Shown: one piece after another, positions 31,100-43,845 of the stretch
Layout: the number at the start of each line of letters is the position of its first letter
Numbering within the stretch: the first letter of the stretch is position 1
Assembly: GCA_051294375.1 (NCBI GenBank)
Contig: CM119270.1
Span: 11,342,141 to 11,406,140 of the forward strand
Direction of reading: 5' to 3'
DNA from: Paraspadella gotoi
Taxonomy: Eukaryota > Animalia > Chaetognatha
Length of the DNA stretch: 64,000 bases
Translations under genes and position numbers: made by a program
Notes under the pieces: generated by a model
What the model was told of the DNA's origin: nothing
The model's database searches: none
The model's input: only the letters and a program-made list of their open reading frames with translations

Positions 31100-32678
31100 A
31101 GATATATATTGATATTGCGAAAACGGATAGTCGCGATGATTAACCCATTCTGTCGTTAAATCTTTTTTGTCACTTTTGTTACCAAAGCAGAAAGCGGTTT
31201 ATTATGCGCCCATTTTCTCCCCTTTTCACTTTTTTTTCTCTTTTGGGCCTTTTTTATCGTTTGCCTGGCAAATTACGTTGGTTGTCTAGTTTTGAGCCGC
31301 CTTGCCTTTATTGTTTCTAAAAGGTTCAATATTGCAATGTTTATTATTTTTCTTTCCTCGTTCGTTCTATCAACTATCCACATCCCGTCTTCGTCGTATC
31401 TCTCATTGTCTATCCCCCGTCATTGTCTATCTCATTTGTATTCGCGCGCGCGTCGTCGGTAAGATTTTTGAGGCGTCCCTATGTCGCCCCCTCTGGCGAC
31501 GGCAAAACGCGAACGCCATTTGCCAGAGGGATTTGCGCGGGACTCAAACATAAGCGCATCGCGAGATGCTCCCTTCTCTTGGGGATCAAAAGGGAAGACA
31601 TTTTTTTAAAGCGGGGGCGTTTGTATGAAGACGCGAAACAAATGTCATTCCTCTTGTGTCATTATTTTTAAAATTGACCTTTATTTAACAATGTTCTACA
31701 AAAATTTAAAGAATACTTGTTTCTCCTGTTAAAATGTTGATAATTTAAAAAGGTTTAATTTTTTTTTTAATTTGATTTTCATAATATGATTTTTTTTTAA
31801 TTTTACCTACTTTTACGAATATATTTACTTTAATTTAATCTTCTAGGCTGTTTTCTTTTAATATTTCCTCCAATTTAGTCTATTTCTTTCTATTTCATTA
31901 TTATTTTTTTCCTTTTATTCCCTTTTTTCAGAGAGAAAATTGTGTCCTTTGTCGGCGCCTCGAGTTTTTGAGGCGGGTGTATCTTTTGTCTTTATTTCCC
32001 TGGAGGAGATAGGGCAGAAAGAGGAAAGAAAAATAGGGGGAGTTGAAGGGGAGGAAAGAAAAGAAAGAAACGAGAAAACTGGAGAGATAAATAAGGAGGA
32101 GAAACGAGAGTGCGGGGTTTGATGAAGCGAAGGAACTATATAAAAAAACATATAGAAAGTTAAAGTCAATGAAATGACAATTGATAAGTATTAAGAAAAA
32201 TAAATGGCTAATCGAAGAAAGTAATTACGAAATTTCAGATAAAAGGAATCAGAGAGACAACTAAGCGGGAAAAGGAAAAAGAAAAAAAAAAAAAAAAAAA
32301 AGAAAAGGAAAAGGAGAAAATCTATGAAAAAAAGAATAGAAAAGAAGAATCGAGTTCCGGCGGATTTTCTTCGGGGAACGAGCGTTAAAATATAATTTGA
32401 TTTTCAAATAAAGTCCCCTTGTTGGACCCGATTGAAAGGCAGGTTTTTAATTCACTTTGTTGAGTTTGACGTTTTTACTTTCGGTTGCCAGTGGACGAGG
32501 CAGCTATTTGACTATTTTTGATCGTCAATTATTTAGTTATTTTCCCCCATGACAATCATTACCCACCCATTCACGACTTTTATTAAAATTATGCCCATTT
32601 TCAGCGATTAATTATAACGTGATATCTTTCTATTCCCGTCATTCCAAGGCTATTTACTACCATCTCAGCATTTTTATC

Positions 32679-32928
32679 CGACATCGTTTGCCAATCGGCA
32701 AGTGCCATTTCTCAGTCATTCTTACATCCGCCATTTGACCTCGGGACGCCAGTTGCCATTCGACATGGTTTGCCAATCGGCAAGTCTGCCATTTCTCCGT
32801 CATTCTTCCATCTGCCATTTGACATCGGGACGCCAGTTGCCATTCGACATCGTTTGCCAATCAACAAGTCTGCCATCTCTCCGTCATTCTTCCATCCGCC
32901 ATTTGACCTCGGGACGCCAGTTGCCATT
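32679..32928. repeat. 84-bp minisatellite, 3 copies
   Basis: Units start at 32679 (82 bp), 32761 and 32845, with the form CGACATCGTTTGCCAATCGGCAAGTCTGCCATTTCTCCGTCATTCTTCCATCCGCCATTTGACCTCGGGACGCCAGTTGCCATT. Confidence 0.9.
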
Positions 32929-33120
32929 AGACGAGGGCGGCGTCTCCTTTATTCCTGCGGGGACTTTCGTCTCTCTTCCTTTTTTCCCGCCACAAAGAAA
33001 ATTCAAAATTACCCCCTGGAATTCGGGTCGATTTGATTTGCGGGGAGAGAAAAAAAAACTCTACTCTTTTCTTCTTTCTTTCCCCCCGTGTCTTCCGAGC
33101 GCCTATCACTTTCTTTCTTG

Positions 33121-33174
<54 letters not shown>
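33121..33174. repeat. (GTC)n microsatellite, representative of many GTC/GAC runs in the window
   Basis: Perfect GTC run; similar runs at ~13594, 13749, 14651, 15645, 22404 and 44796. Confidence 0.95.
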
Positions 33175-33175
<1 letters not shown>

Positions 33176-35709
33176 GTGGCGCCGGCGCTTGCCTTTTCGA
33201 TCAAACTGCAATCGGGGAAGGAGCTTGAGTCGCTTTATCGCTTGGCTTTGTTTTTTCCCCTTTTATCTCTTTCTTTATCGCTTTTTCTTCATCGTTTTCT
33301 TTATCGCTCCTTTTTCTCTTCTTTGATTCATCTTTATTTTCTTNNNNNNNNNNNNNNNNNNNNNNNNNNNNNNNNNNNNNNNNNNNNNNNNNNNNNNNNN
33401 NNNNNNNNNNNNNNNNNNNNNNNNNNNNNNNNNNNNNNNNNNNNNNNNNNNNNNNNNNNNNNNNNNNNNNNNNNNNNNNNNNNNNNNNNNNNNNNNNNNN
33501 NNNNNNNNNNNNNNNNNNNNNNNNNNNNNNNNNNNNNNNNNNNNNNNNNNNNNNNNNNNNNNNCTTTGCTTATTTTTTTCGCCTTTTTTTTCCCTTTCTA
33601 TTTCCGCTCTTCCTTTTTATTTTTTTTTCCATTTTCGATTTTTTTTCTTTTCTAACCGATTGAGCGAGCAAACGTGCGATAGACCAGCGAAGTAGCAAAC
33701 GAAATGACCACCCAAATCACCCTCCCACACATTGCCCGATTTTTTAAAAAGACCTGCAAATTAACGCCCTGCTTCTTCCTTCCTCAGCCTTTCACGTAAA
33801 CGAGTCCTACCACCCAAACCAACGAACCCGGCCATCCTTTTTGGGGGGTGGCGGGGGTGGCGGTCATAGAAATATTTGTATTGCGCTCTTTTTGACAATT
33901 AATGATCGCTTAGATACAGTAGATATGAGATAATAAAAAAACGATCAAATTGGGGGGAAAGCCGAAAGGAAGAGAAACGCAGTAAATGCTCAGACAGATT
34001 TTATTGTCCAATTTTCTTGAAAAGTTGAGTGAAAGAAAGAAGAAAGAAAAAAAGTTTGTGAATGGTGAATGCTAGCAGGAGCGATATGGGCATGGCAACA
34101 AGAAAGTGACTTGCAACTGCTACTACTAAATAAAAAACACAAAATAGAATATGCTGGAGGACCATCAGGTGTGCTTGGAGAGCGATCTTGCTGAGCTTGG
34201 AAGTGATCGTCCGGAGATTCAACGAGCGGATTTATCTTTAAATGAACTAAAATATTTGAAGTCAGCGCTGATAGGAATCAGACGATAACAATGATTATAT
34301 CGAGGACGGCATAATAAGTGAATAAGTGAATGAAACAATCGAAATAATAGGAAAACTCCTTACTACAAACTGTGACAGTTTTAAAAATACTAAAATCTGT
34401 GACAGACCTTAAATATATTTTGGACGATACAATAAAAATATATCGTTAAAGACGAGTGACGGAATTTAACAACGTAGAAAGAGGCTGGGTCGCGGAAGAG
34501 GGCTTGTCCAAAGTCGAGATATAGGAAGGGGAACCAGACGAGGAGTTATCAGTCGCGAAAATGAGTTTCGGGGCAGAAAATCGCGAGGTCAAAAGTCGAA
34601 AGGTCACTGCGGTCCAGATCGGACGAAGCGTCGAGAAAGATCACTATGTCCAAGGGATGGTCAAAAATATATCATAAATAGGCCGAAGATTAAGAATATT
34701 ATTGAAAATAATTATTCTGACGTGAACAGTGTATAAGTGAAATTATAAGTATCAAACGCACAAAAAAGTTGATGGGTTAAATGGGTCAAGCGGTCACTGG
34801 GTCGCGAATTCGCTGGATACGAAATCACGAGGTCAAAGTCGGGAAAAGTCGATGGGTCAAAGGTCGAAGAGTCGTCGTCGTCGATAAGAAATGCTGAGAG
34901 AATTTGCTGGACTAGGATATCGATTATCTTTCTTGAGGAGGAACGAGGAAAGGAAAGAGAGAGTGAGTGAAGAAGAAAGGAAGGAAACGGAGGAATGAGA
35001 AGGAAAAGATAAGAATAGGAGGGATGAGAAAGGGAGAAAAAGAAAATCAAAGGAAAAGCGGAGGGAAAATCAAAGGAAGTGGTGAAGAAAAGTAGAAAAC
35101 AGAAAGAAATGGAAAGGGAGAAGGAAAATTAAGCATAAACGGAGGTAAGACAGGAAGAAAGAAAGAAAATATGAAGATAGAAAAAAGAAAAAGAAGTAGG
35201 AATAGGAAGGTGGAGGATGAAGATAAAATGGATGAAGACGAGAAGAATAAACGAAAGAGAAGAGAAAAAAAAAGGGAAAATTTGAAAAGGAAAGAAAGTA
35301 AGGGAAAAGAGACGAAGCAAATTTTCTCGGTCGATGCAATGACGTCAATAAAGACGACGGTTGATGACAAAAACTGATGACAGAGATGCAATCCTTTCCT
35401 TTTTTTTCTTATCCACGAAGAAATCATCTTTTCTAATATCTTTGCCCAATTTTTTACCGTCTCTTTTTTTTTTTTTTTTTTGGTAATCGAGCAAAAGCTA
35501 ATAGAAATTTTGATTTAAAGATTTTTTAACGAAATTTCTAATGATACAGATTTTATATTTTTTTACTGTTAGAAGGTTTTTTGTTTGGTCCTTGAAATTT
35601 TACGAAGTTTTTGAGAGAGAAATAAATTATATGTGGATATATATATAATCAAAAATAGTCCTCATCTTATAATAATTAATGAAAAAGTGGTAAAAAAACG
35701 TAAAGTATA

Positions 35710-35996
35710 GCAACAGCCGGGTTGCCTGTGATGCCCATTGGGATGGGGCATCTCACTGTTGGTTTTGGGGGCTTCCGACCCTCAGTGACGCCTCCAGTCA
35801 CTGGCGCAGTTACCATATGACGCCGTCATTGACGGTCTCGCTCTGCCAACGCAGAGGGAATTTGTTAGGACTGTGGAATCCACAGTGTGGATGGAACGCA
35901 ACGCCTGGGATTGTGTGTTCACCCTATGAGACAATGGTATTAGCTGAACGATGGTGGACGTGAGGCAGTTTGAATATTCCGCCACAAAAACATTAA
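35710..35996 (+). mobile_element. Hairpin-dense ~290-bp insert: candidate retroposed structured RNA (SINE or non-LTR retroelement 3' UTR)
   Basis: High-complexity island in AT-rich flanks with at least six stem-loops and an A-rich 3' end containing AATAAA. Imperfect direct repeats flank it: TAAAAAAACGTAAAGTATA (35691-35709) and TAAAAAACGAAACTATA (35997-36013). Confidence 0.45.
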
Positions 35997-37908
35997 TAAA
36001 AAACGAAACTATAAAGACTCTGAAGTCATAGTTCTTACTCTCACCTCATTCATTACGAGACGAGAAAAAAAAAGAAAATAGTTTGAACTCGTTAATCGTT
36101 CGTTGGAACAGAAAAAGCGTGAATGCGCGTGAAGTGTGGTGAAAGATACGGTCGGCGCAAAGAGTGAAAAGTTGCTCCAACGTTTCAGATTTATGGTCAT
36201 TGGAAAGAGGTGGGTGATAACGTTGAAAGGTCCGTGAACCTTTATGATGTGTGGCAATTTGTGATGCGTGGTTTGTGAGGTTTGCAATCAAGATGGAGGA
36301 TTAGAAATATCTAATAGAGTTAAGGCGCAAAATTTTGTGATTTGTAAAAAGTTTTAAAGCCGTGTGAGTTTGAAAAAGCGTCCCAGTCGGCCAAATGAAA
36401 CCAACTGCGGCACAAAGAGGCAAACCGCGGCAAAAACCCGGCGAAGTGCGGCGAAAAGAGGCGAACGGAGTTGAAATACGTGAATAAGGCAGGAGAAAGA
36501 TGATGAACGGCGTGAGTGTTGTGAAGATTCACCGAAGCGTGAGATCTTCGACGTGAATTGAGGTCAAAAGATGGAATCTCGGAGAGAGAAAAATGGGAAA
36601 GAGAATAAAGCCACGAAAATACTACAGATTTCCGCGGTTATATCGGGATGGAAAATTTGTAAAATATTAAATATTAAATATTTATTTAGTTGGTAAGGAT
36701 TGTGGAAAGGGGTGAATAGTAGACTACAGAGAAATAAAAAAGAAAAAATCCAAGAATGGAATTCCTAAAAAAACCATTCGATCTCCGGTGATTTTATGTT
36801 GTCATTCCTATCGTCATCTCATCTGACTTATCGACTTTTATTATCATCATCGTTGTCTTCGTCGTCATCGTCGTCCTCATCATCGTCGTCGTCGCCTTTG
36901 TCTCGATTTTTTCCATTCAACTCGGGAGGCAAACGTTGACGAGACGCGCTGACGAGAGATGACTAACAATCGGAGAATTAAAGCGGCGATAATTGAATTG
37001 AAAAACGCGGCGCCGCCGGCGCTAAAAAGGGCGCCTTTGCCACGCCATGCGGTTCAATTCTATCCGGGATGACGCCGATGCCACACAAAAGGATTCGATT
37101 TCATCCGGAGTGAGGGGGGAAAGGAAAAAAAAGTCATTCAAATACATACCCTTTGAAACTATTGGCACCAACAGTATCTTTTAAAATTATTTTTAAAACT
37201 TGTTTTGCAATGACATTCTATCATTTGCCATCTTGCATCCCATAAGTGAATTTCTGGTGAAAAGCGCCCCGAAGTGAATATTGGGCCATCCATTATATTG
37301 TACCATTTGAAATGATGCCAGCGCCATCCCTTGCCAGTCGAAAAGACGTCATCGAATGCCAGCCAGCCAGCCGCGGCCGAGAGAGGGAGCGGACGAAACA
37401 GCGACTCAGCGCGTGATGGGGAAATGTGATGCGGATTTATTTTTTGTTTACTTTGTTTTGTTTTCATTTATTTGATAAAAAGCTTTTGTGAACAAAGAGA
37501 TGAAAGTCATACGGTTTACGAAATAGAATTGGACAAAGTACGCTTAGCTTATAAATAATACGTGATCATTTTAATTCCTGGCGAACAGGCTCCGGCTTTT
37601 GCCTTTCCTCCCGCGAGATCAACTGTTGTTTTCATTGTTTGTTTACTTTAAAACTCCAAATTTTCGCGTGTCACCGAGGTAGAAATTCATGAAGGCCTGG
37701 CATGCTCCGGGCCCATGTTTCATCGGGCAAGTGCGAAGGGTTTGCAAAAAGTTTTTTTTTCCGCCGTCGCGAACGAAATGAAGTTCTCATGTTGCGCATA
37801 ACAAACGGCTTTCTTCAACATCCTGGCAAATCTTTTGAATTAAGAGACGACAGCGCCAAAGACTTTGCGAAAGGGAAGACAATAAAAACACTTAGCGCCC
37901 CATTCTTT

Positions 37909-37910
<2 letters not shown>

Positions 37911-37995
<85 letters not shown>
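37911..37995. repeat. (TC)n microsatellite
   Basis: Uninterrupted TC run. Confidence 0.95.
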
Positions 37996-37999
<4 letters not shown>

Positions 38000-40112
38000 T
38001 TTGTTCTGTCCTCATCTCACCCTTTTATCCGAGTCTCACAGCCTCTTGCCTCTTCTCTTTTACAATCTTTCTCTCTCTCTCTTCACGCGACGCTATTAAA
38101 TTAATTACGAATCTCCCGCCGACTGAAAAAAGCTCGCATCTCAGCGCCACCTTACGCACGTGCCTTCCACCACCACGGCACAACCACTCGCAAACACGTC
38201 ATCGCAAAAATTATCACAAAAAGACTATTTTTTAACTTTCATCATGACGAAGTGACACTGACCTTCTCGGTTCTCGGGTTTCGCTCTTTCGCCGTAATTC
38301 CCGTCGTTACGACGGGAAAAGTATTCATGCTTGAATGCATTGACGTGATATTGCGGGTCCCACCATCACCTTCACAAAATAAAAACGGATAACCTTATTC
38401 TCCGCAAAACGTTCATCCCAAGCACAACTTGATAACCTTCACCTTTCATCAGCAATTTCACACCTCATTTCATCACCAATCATCACTTCACGTCCACCTC
38501 ACTCACGGTCCTACTTTTTCCACCATTCGCCACTTCACACCATCATGGACTACCTTCACCTTCTCCCTACCCCCACCGTCCCCCGCTGTCGCAGTCGCCC
38601 CGGTGATGAGCCTCCCCCCCCTTGCGGGAAAGAGAAGAAAGTGCGAGTTGAAATAAATCACCAAATCTGATGGTTTATGGGAACGAAGGGGGGAACGTTT
38701 GTTTATGAAGGATGGAAAAACAGAGAAAATTGAAAAAGGGGGAGGAGGAGGAAGAGGAGGAGGAAGAAGAGGAGGAGGAGGATGAAATCAGGAGAGAAAG
38801 TGGGAAATGAGGAACTAGTGACGCTGAGAAGTGGATTTCCTTCCAAACGGAAGGATATTTTTTTTTAAGCTGCAATATGCGTGAAAATATTTCTGGGAAA
38901 TGAATATTATTGGCGGAAATAACTTTTTCGAATTAATTTTTTTCTTATTAGTTAATGGGTCCAAACATTGCACATTCACTAGGCGTTATTACTAATTTCG
39001 AAATTTAAATTTAATTTTCTTTATTTCCCTTTTTTTTATTGCCTTCGACGATTGGATCACAACAGGTCAGTATAAAATAAAATGAATTTATTTCAAGTGA
39101 GCGAGTTTTCATTTTGTGTTCTTCTTTTAATAAAGAAAAATAGGAAACAGTTAACGTGATGAAAATATTAATTAAACTGTTACATGTTTTGGAATTTTTA
39201 TTTGTCTCTTCTTTCTCTGTTTCTCTCTTTACCTTGTTTTCCATGTTTCAGTATTCAATGGCAATAAGGAACTCTATTATTTTTTCACAACTAATTTGGT
39301 TAGGAAAATTACCATCCAAAAGAAATTTCTTTTAAAAACATAACCACTTGATTGGGTTATGGCTAAAACAAACAACGACCTACTTGGCCGGAGTAGAAGG
39401 CAAGAGAGAGAGAAAGAAAAAAAATAAAAGAACGAAAAAAAAAGAAAGCCATCCAAAAACGAATTTCCCCACCAAAAAATAAAAGAAAACTATAAAATAA
39501 CAAAGGACGGGAAGGAAGAAGGAAGAAGAGCGAGGAAAGAAAAACAGCCTCAGTAATTCTGAACAAATTGAGTTGAAAGCTACAAGATTTGGGAGTAGCC
39601 CCCGTCCTAGTTCCTCAAAATGTTTTTAGTCTAGGTTACGAAATACGCGTAATAATATTAGCTTTTTAGGAATAACCAAAAAATAAAGCAATTTTTGTTA
39701 ACTTGAAGCTTCACCAGAATTCTAAATCGCCATTGCGATGAACTGTTAGAAGGCTGGTTCGCTTATGATCAAAAGATGAACAGCATACTTGTAGGTCGAA
39801 AAATTGCATTTGGCTTTAAAATTTAAGCTAAGCTAATTTCGAGGGGCCTGATGTTTTCCCAGCCTTCAAGCAACCCTGGATGCAGTTTTTCTTTGTGAAG
39901 AAAAGAAAATTGATAGAAAGTCTTTTTTCTAAAAACTTCTTGGTTCCTTCATTTGACGTTTATTTGAGAGAAAATTTCGTTGAATTTGTAGCCTAATATT
40001 AATAAATATTTTTAAAAATTCGAGACGCCATATTCCCATAACGAGGCCGGGCTGGGAAGATGACTGGCAGGAAGTCAAGAGTCGAGAGAGAGAGAGCGAG
40101 AGAGCAAGAGAA

Positions 40113-40157
<45 letters not shown>

Positions 40158-41692
40158 CGATTCTTGTCTAATTATCGTTTCCCGTCCGTTAATTTTCTTT
40201 CGCCCCTCACTGAGCTTCTGTCAACGATTTTCAAAGGCCCTTCAGTTCAAGCGATCAAATCATCAAACCTTTTTTTTTTTTAAATTCTTTTAATTCTCTT
40301 TTGTTCCGATTTTTCAGACCGTTTTAACTTTTCCAAAGTTGTCTTTCAATCATTTTTTTCTTTTTCATTTTTTCTTCGTCCTAATGGATTTTTAATAAAA
40401 TATACATTCTCTTTTATACTCGTCATTAATTGTACCCATTGCTTCGTGTTTTATGGTGTCACGACTCACGACCGTGTTTTGAAATCTTTAAGTCACTCGG
40501 TGAAGATGTTTTATAAAATCAATTTGCGCATTTGTTTTTTCATTAACGTTTTCAATGCTTTCGACGTTACTGTTTTTTTTTCTTGGTTTTTTTTCGATCC
40601 GGTTCGAATCGATTCCTAAATTCTTGCTGACATCTTTTTGCAAAGGCGAATCTGGACGTCTTATCCCCCTTCCCATACGTTGCCCCCCCTTATTTCGATT
40701 CCGTCTCAGTCAACCGTCAACGTCTTCCGCTATTCATGTCGTATCTATTTTTAGATCCAGATCGCCGCGCTGCCGACGTTCGACCGAAACTGTCTGTCCT
40801 CTTTCGCCCTGGCAAAGCGTTGCCCGGGTTTGCCGCGCCAAATTTGCTTGGCAGATGCTTGCTTGTTGGTTTGGCTCCAATTTTGTTTCCCTCTGTTTGT
40901 AATTGCTGGCGCCCTACGGCGGCGGCGACGACGACGCCGATGACGACGACCACAGTGACGAAGATGACAAATCTTTAGGTTTTTTCTTGCTGATAAAAGA
41001 AGCGATACTGACAGGGATGACGACAGGGATACTGATGACAACGAGAAAAGTAACGACTTGCGCCAATGACGATGAGGACGACGAATCCAACACGATACAC
41101 GATGACAACGACAAAGACGACTAAGACGCCAATGGCGTTGACGACAACAAGTCGACAACGAAACCGAAATTGAATCCGAGCTTCTCTCTTCATTTCATTT
41201 CCAACCGACGTGACCGTAGAAAAGAAACGGCTTAATGCGCTTACTATTATTATCTTTCGTATTAGTATAGTTCTATGGTGTCTTTATGAAATGATACTTT
41301 ATAAAGATTATCGTTCCTTCTTTGTGAACAGAGGCTGTTTTTTTTTTGGTTTTTTTTTATCCTTGGTTTTCCCTTCCTTCATTTCTACTTGATTTCCTTT
41401 GTTTTCTTTGTCTCTGTGGATTTTGAATCTTCGATGCTCCTCTTTTCACGTTTGCTTTTTCATTTTTTAAATATATTTTCTTTTTTTCATTTTTTTTCTC
41501 CTTTTCCTTTTTTTGGTCTGGAAATCGTCTTTCCTCTCGTCCTTATTTTCGATCTTTCCTTTTTTTTCCTTTTATATTTAATTTTGCACATCTTGTTCCT
41601 TTTCCCCTTTTTTCTTCTTGGATTATATTTTTGTTTTTTTACGATCTCAATTGATGTTGTTTTCATCTTTGTCGTCATCGTCTTCCTCTTCC

Positions 41693-41801
<109 letters not shown>

Positions 41802-43049
41802 AAATCTCTACATCCCTCTTCCAAAAATAAAGAACAAAGAGGAGGTAGATTCCATTAGGCAAAGTGCTGCCCACCAATTCGACACAAAAGGAAGAAGAAG
41901 AAGAAAATAAAAGATCTTCCTCTTTTTTTTCTTATTCTCACTAAACTTTTGCCGGGAGGAAAGACTTTGCTATCGAAAGGAGTCTCACAAGTTGATGTTA
42001 CTTAAGTAAAATGTTAACTATGTTATCATCCTGTTCTATTTACTTTTACATAGAAAGATCTCAATTATTTACAACTCTGTCCTTACATATAGCGCTACGT
42101 ATTTTGTCTTGGTCGTGAAAATATCTGTCAACCTACATATTTTGCAAAAATTGTCAAAATCTGTAGTCCTTCTGCAGTTGTTTCTTGGGTCATTATTGTA
42201 TTTCTGATCCTTCTTGGGGATTGATCCCGGTACCAACCGGTCATGAGTCCTCGAGCGACCTTGTCAAAACTGAAGGTGTGAAGCTCATATACGGGGTGTA
42301 CCTGCCGCAATACCCGACGACAGTCCTCTTTGTCATCGTCGTCGTAGTCGTCGTCATCGTCGTCGTCGATTTTCTCACCGACGTGTTCGTCCTTGAAATT
42401 CTACGGAGACGAAAAAAGGCATAAATTTCTCTCTTTTTTTTTTCGATATAAAAAAGTAATATTTTTTTTAATATTCGAGGTCAGCACAAATTAATTTTCG
42501 ACTCGCGAACGAGACACGAGTTTTTAACGACTTGTCGAAATAATGATTATAAATGGCGAGGGGAGCCCCGGCCGAATCCAGATGGTCATTGGCGAATAGA
42601 AAATTTGTAAATTAATACATAATTAATTAAGTAATAATTAATTGAAGAATTTGTAAATCAAAAAAGGAAAAATAATTTATAATTGGCTTCTTTCTGAATG
42701 ACTAAAACCGATCAACGACTGAAATTAAAAAAAAAGTCTAAATGAGAAACGACTATGCAGATCTTCGCCACGCCCACTTTTCGCATGACAACCGAGCGGC
42801 GTTAAAATCGCATCGAGAACAATTCGTCGCCGCCTTTTCTTTTTTTTCGGTTTCGTTACTTTTTCTTTTTCAGTCTCGTTATCCTTCCATTTTTTTTTTA
42901 ACCAAATGGCGAATCCCGCCGGCGCCATTTCCCTTTTCTCTCTTCGAAATGGCGATTCCCGTCGGCGCCATTTCGTGGTCACGTGACTCCATTTTGCTTT
43001 GGACCGACGTCCATTGAACCTGAGTAAAAAGCGCCGCCCGCGAAGCCTT

Positions 43050-43672
43050 TCGTCGTTGTCGTCCTCTTCGTCCTCCTGGACTTCGTCGTCGTCGTCTTCG
43101 TCCTCCTGGTCTTCGTCGTCATCGTCGTCGTTGTCGTCCTCTTCGTTCTCCTGGTTTCTTCGTCGTCGTCTTCGTCCTCCTGGTCTTCGTTGTCGTCCGT
43201 CGTTGTCGTCCTCTTCGTTCTCCTGGTCTTCGTCGTCGTCGTCTTCATCCTCCTGGTCTTTGTCGTCTCGGTCCTTCGTCTTTCTGGTCTTCGTTGTCGT
43301 TGTCGTTGTTGTTTTCCTCTTCATTCTCCTGGTCTTCGTCGTCGTCATTTTCATCCTCCTGCTCTTCGTTGTCGTTGTCGTCGTCATTTTGTCGTCCTCT
43401 TTGTTCTCCTGGTCTTCGTCCTCGTCGTCTTTCGTCCTCCTGGTCTTCGTTGTTGTATCGTCATCGTTGTCGTCCTGTTCATCCTCCTGATCTTTGTCAT
43501 CGTCGTCGTCCTCCTGGTCCTCTTCGTCTTACTGGTCTTCGTTGTCGTTGTCGTCCTCTTCGTCCTCCTGGTCTTCGTCGTCGTCGTTGTCGTCCTCTTC
43601 TCCATTATCGATGGCATCTCCTGAAGAGGCGTTGTTTTTCTTCATGTCGTCATCGGTAGCGGCGGCGGCAGT

Positions 43673-43703
<31 letters not shown>

Positions 43704-43845
43704 GCGACTTTCTTGTCGTTTTCTTCAAAGTTGATGTCGTCGTCGGCTTCTTGGTCGTCGTCGTCGTCGTCGTCGTCGTCTTCCTCCCCACCGTTATCTT
43801 GCCCATCTCCGAAAGAGGCCTTGTTCTTCTCCGTCGATTTCTGAG
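43050..43845. repeat. Compound triplet-based tandem repeat (TCCTCCTGGTCTTCGTCGTCG... units) reading as a D/E-rich peptide on the minus strand
   Basis: About a dozen CTGGTCTT-type anchors are separated by GTC/GTT triplets. Minus-strand ORFs give DEDQEDEEDDND repeats, interrupted by stops and frameshifts. Confidence 0.75.

Noticed and set aside
32679-32928. 84-bp repeat (28 codons) as a repeat-protein exon or CRISPR array
   Set aside because: The units are contiguous with no unique spacers, the context is eukaryotic, there are no cas genes, and no convincing flanking splice sites.
35930-35986. HDV-like ribozyme on the minus strand of the structured insert
   Set aside because: A P1-like stem with a G-U first pair can be drawn, but P1.1, P2 and J4/2 do not fit the consensus, and the stem pairs better on the + strand.
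38298-38318. Perfect 10-bp inverted repeat TTCCCGTCGT-T-ACGACGGGAA
   Set aside because: Isolated short palindrome with no supporting context; plausible by chance in GTC/GAC-rich DNA.
42213-42265. tRNA-like fragment on the minus strand (GGACTCATGACC...GGGATCAATCCC)
   Set aside because: Only a degenerate B-box/anticodon-like piece, with no D-arm/A-box or acceptor stem. At most a decayed tRNA-derived SINE head; not callable as a tRNA.
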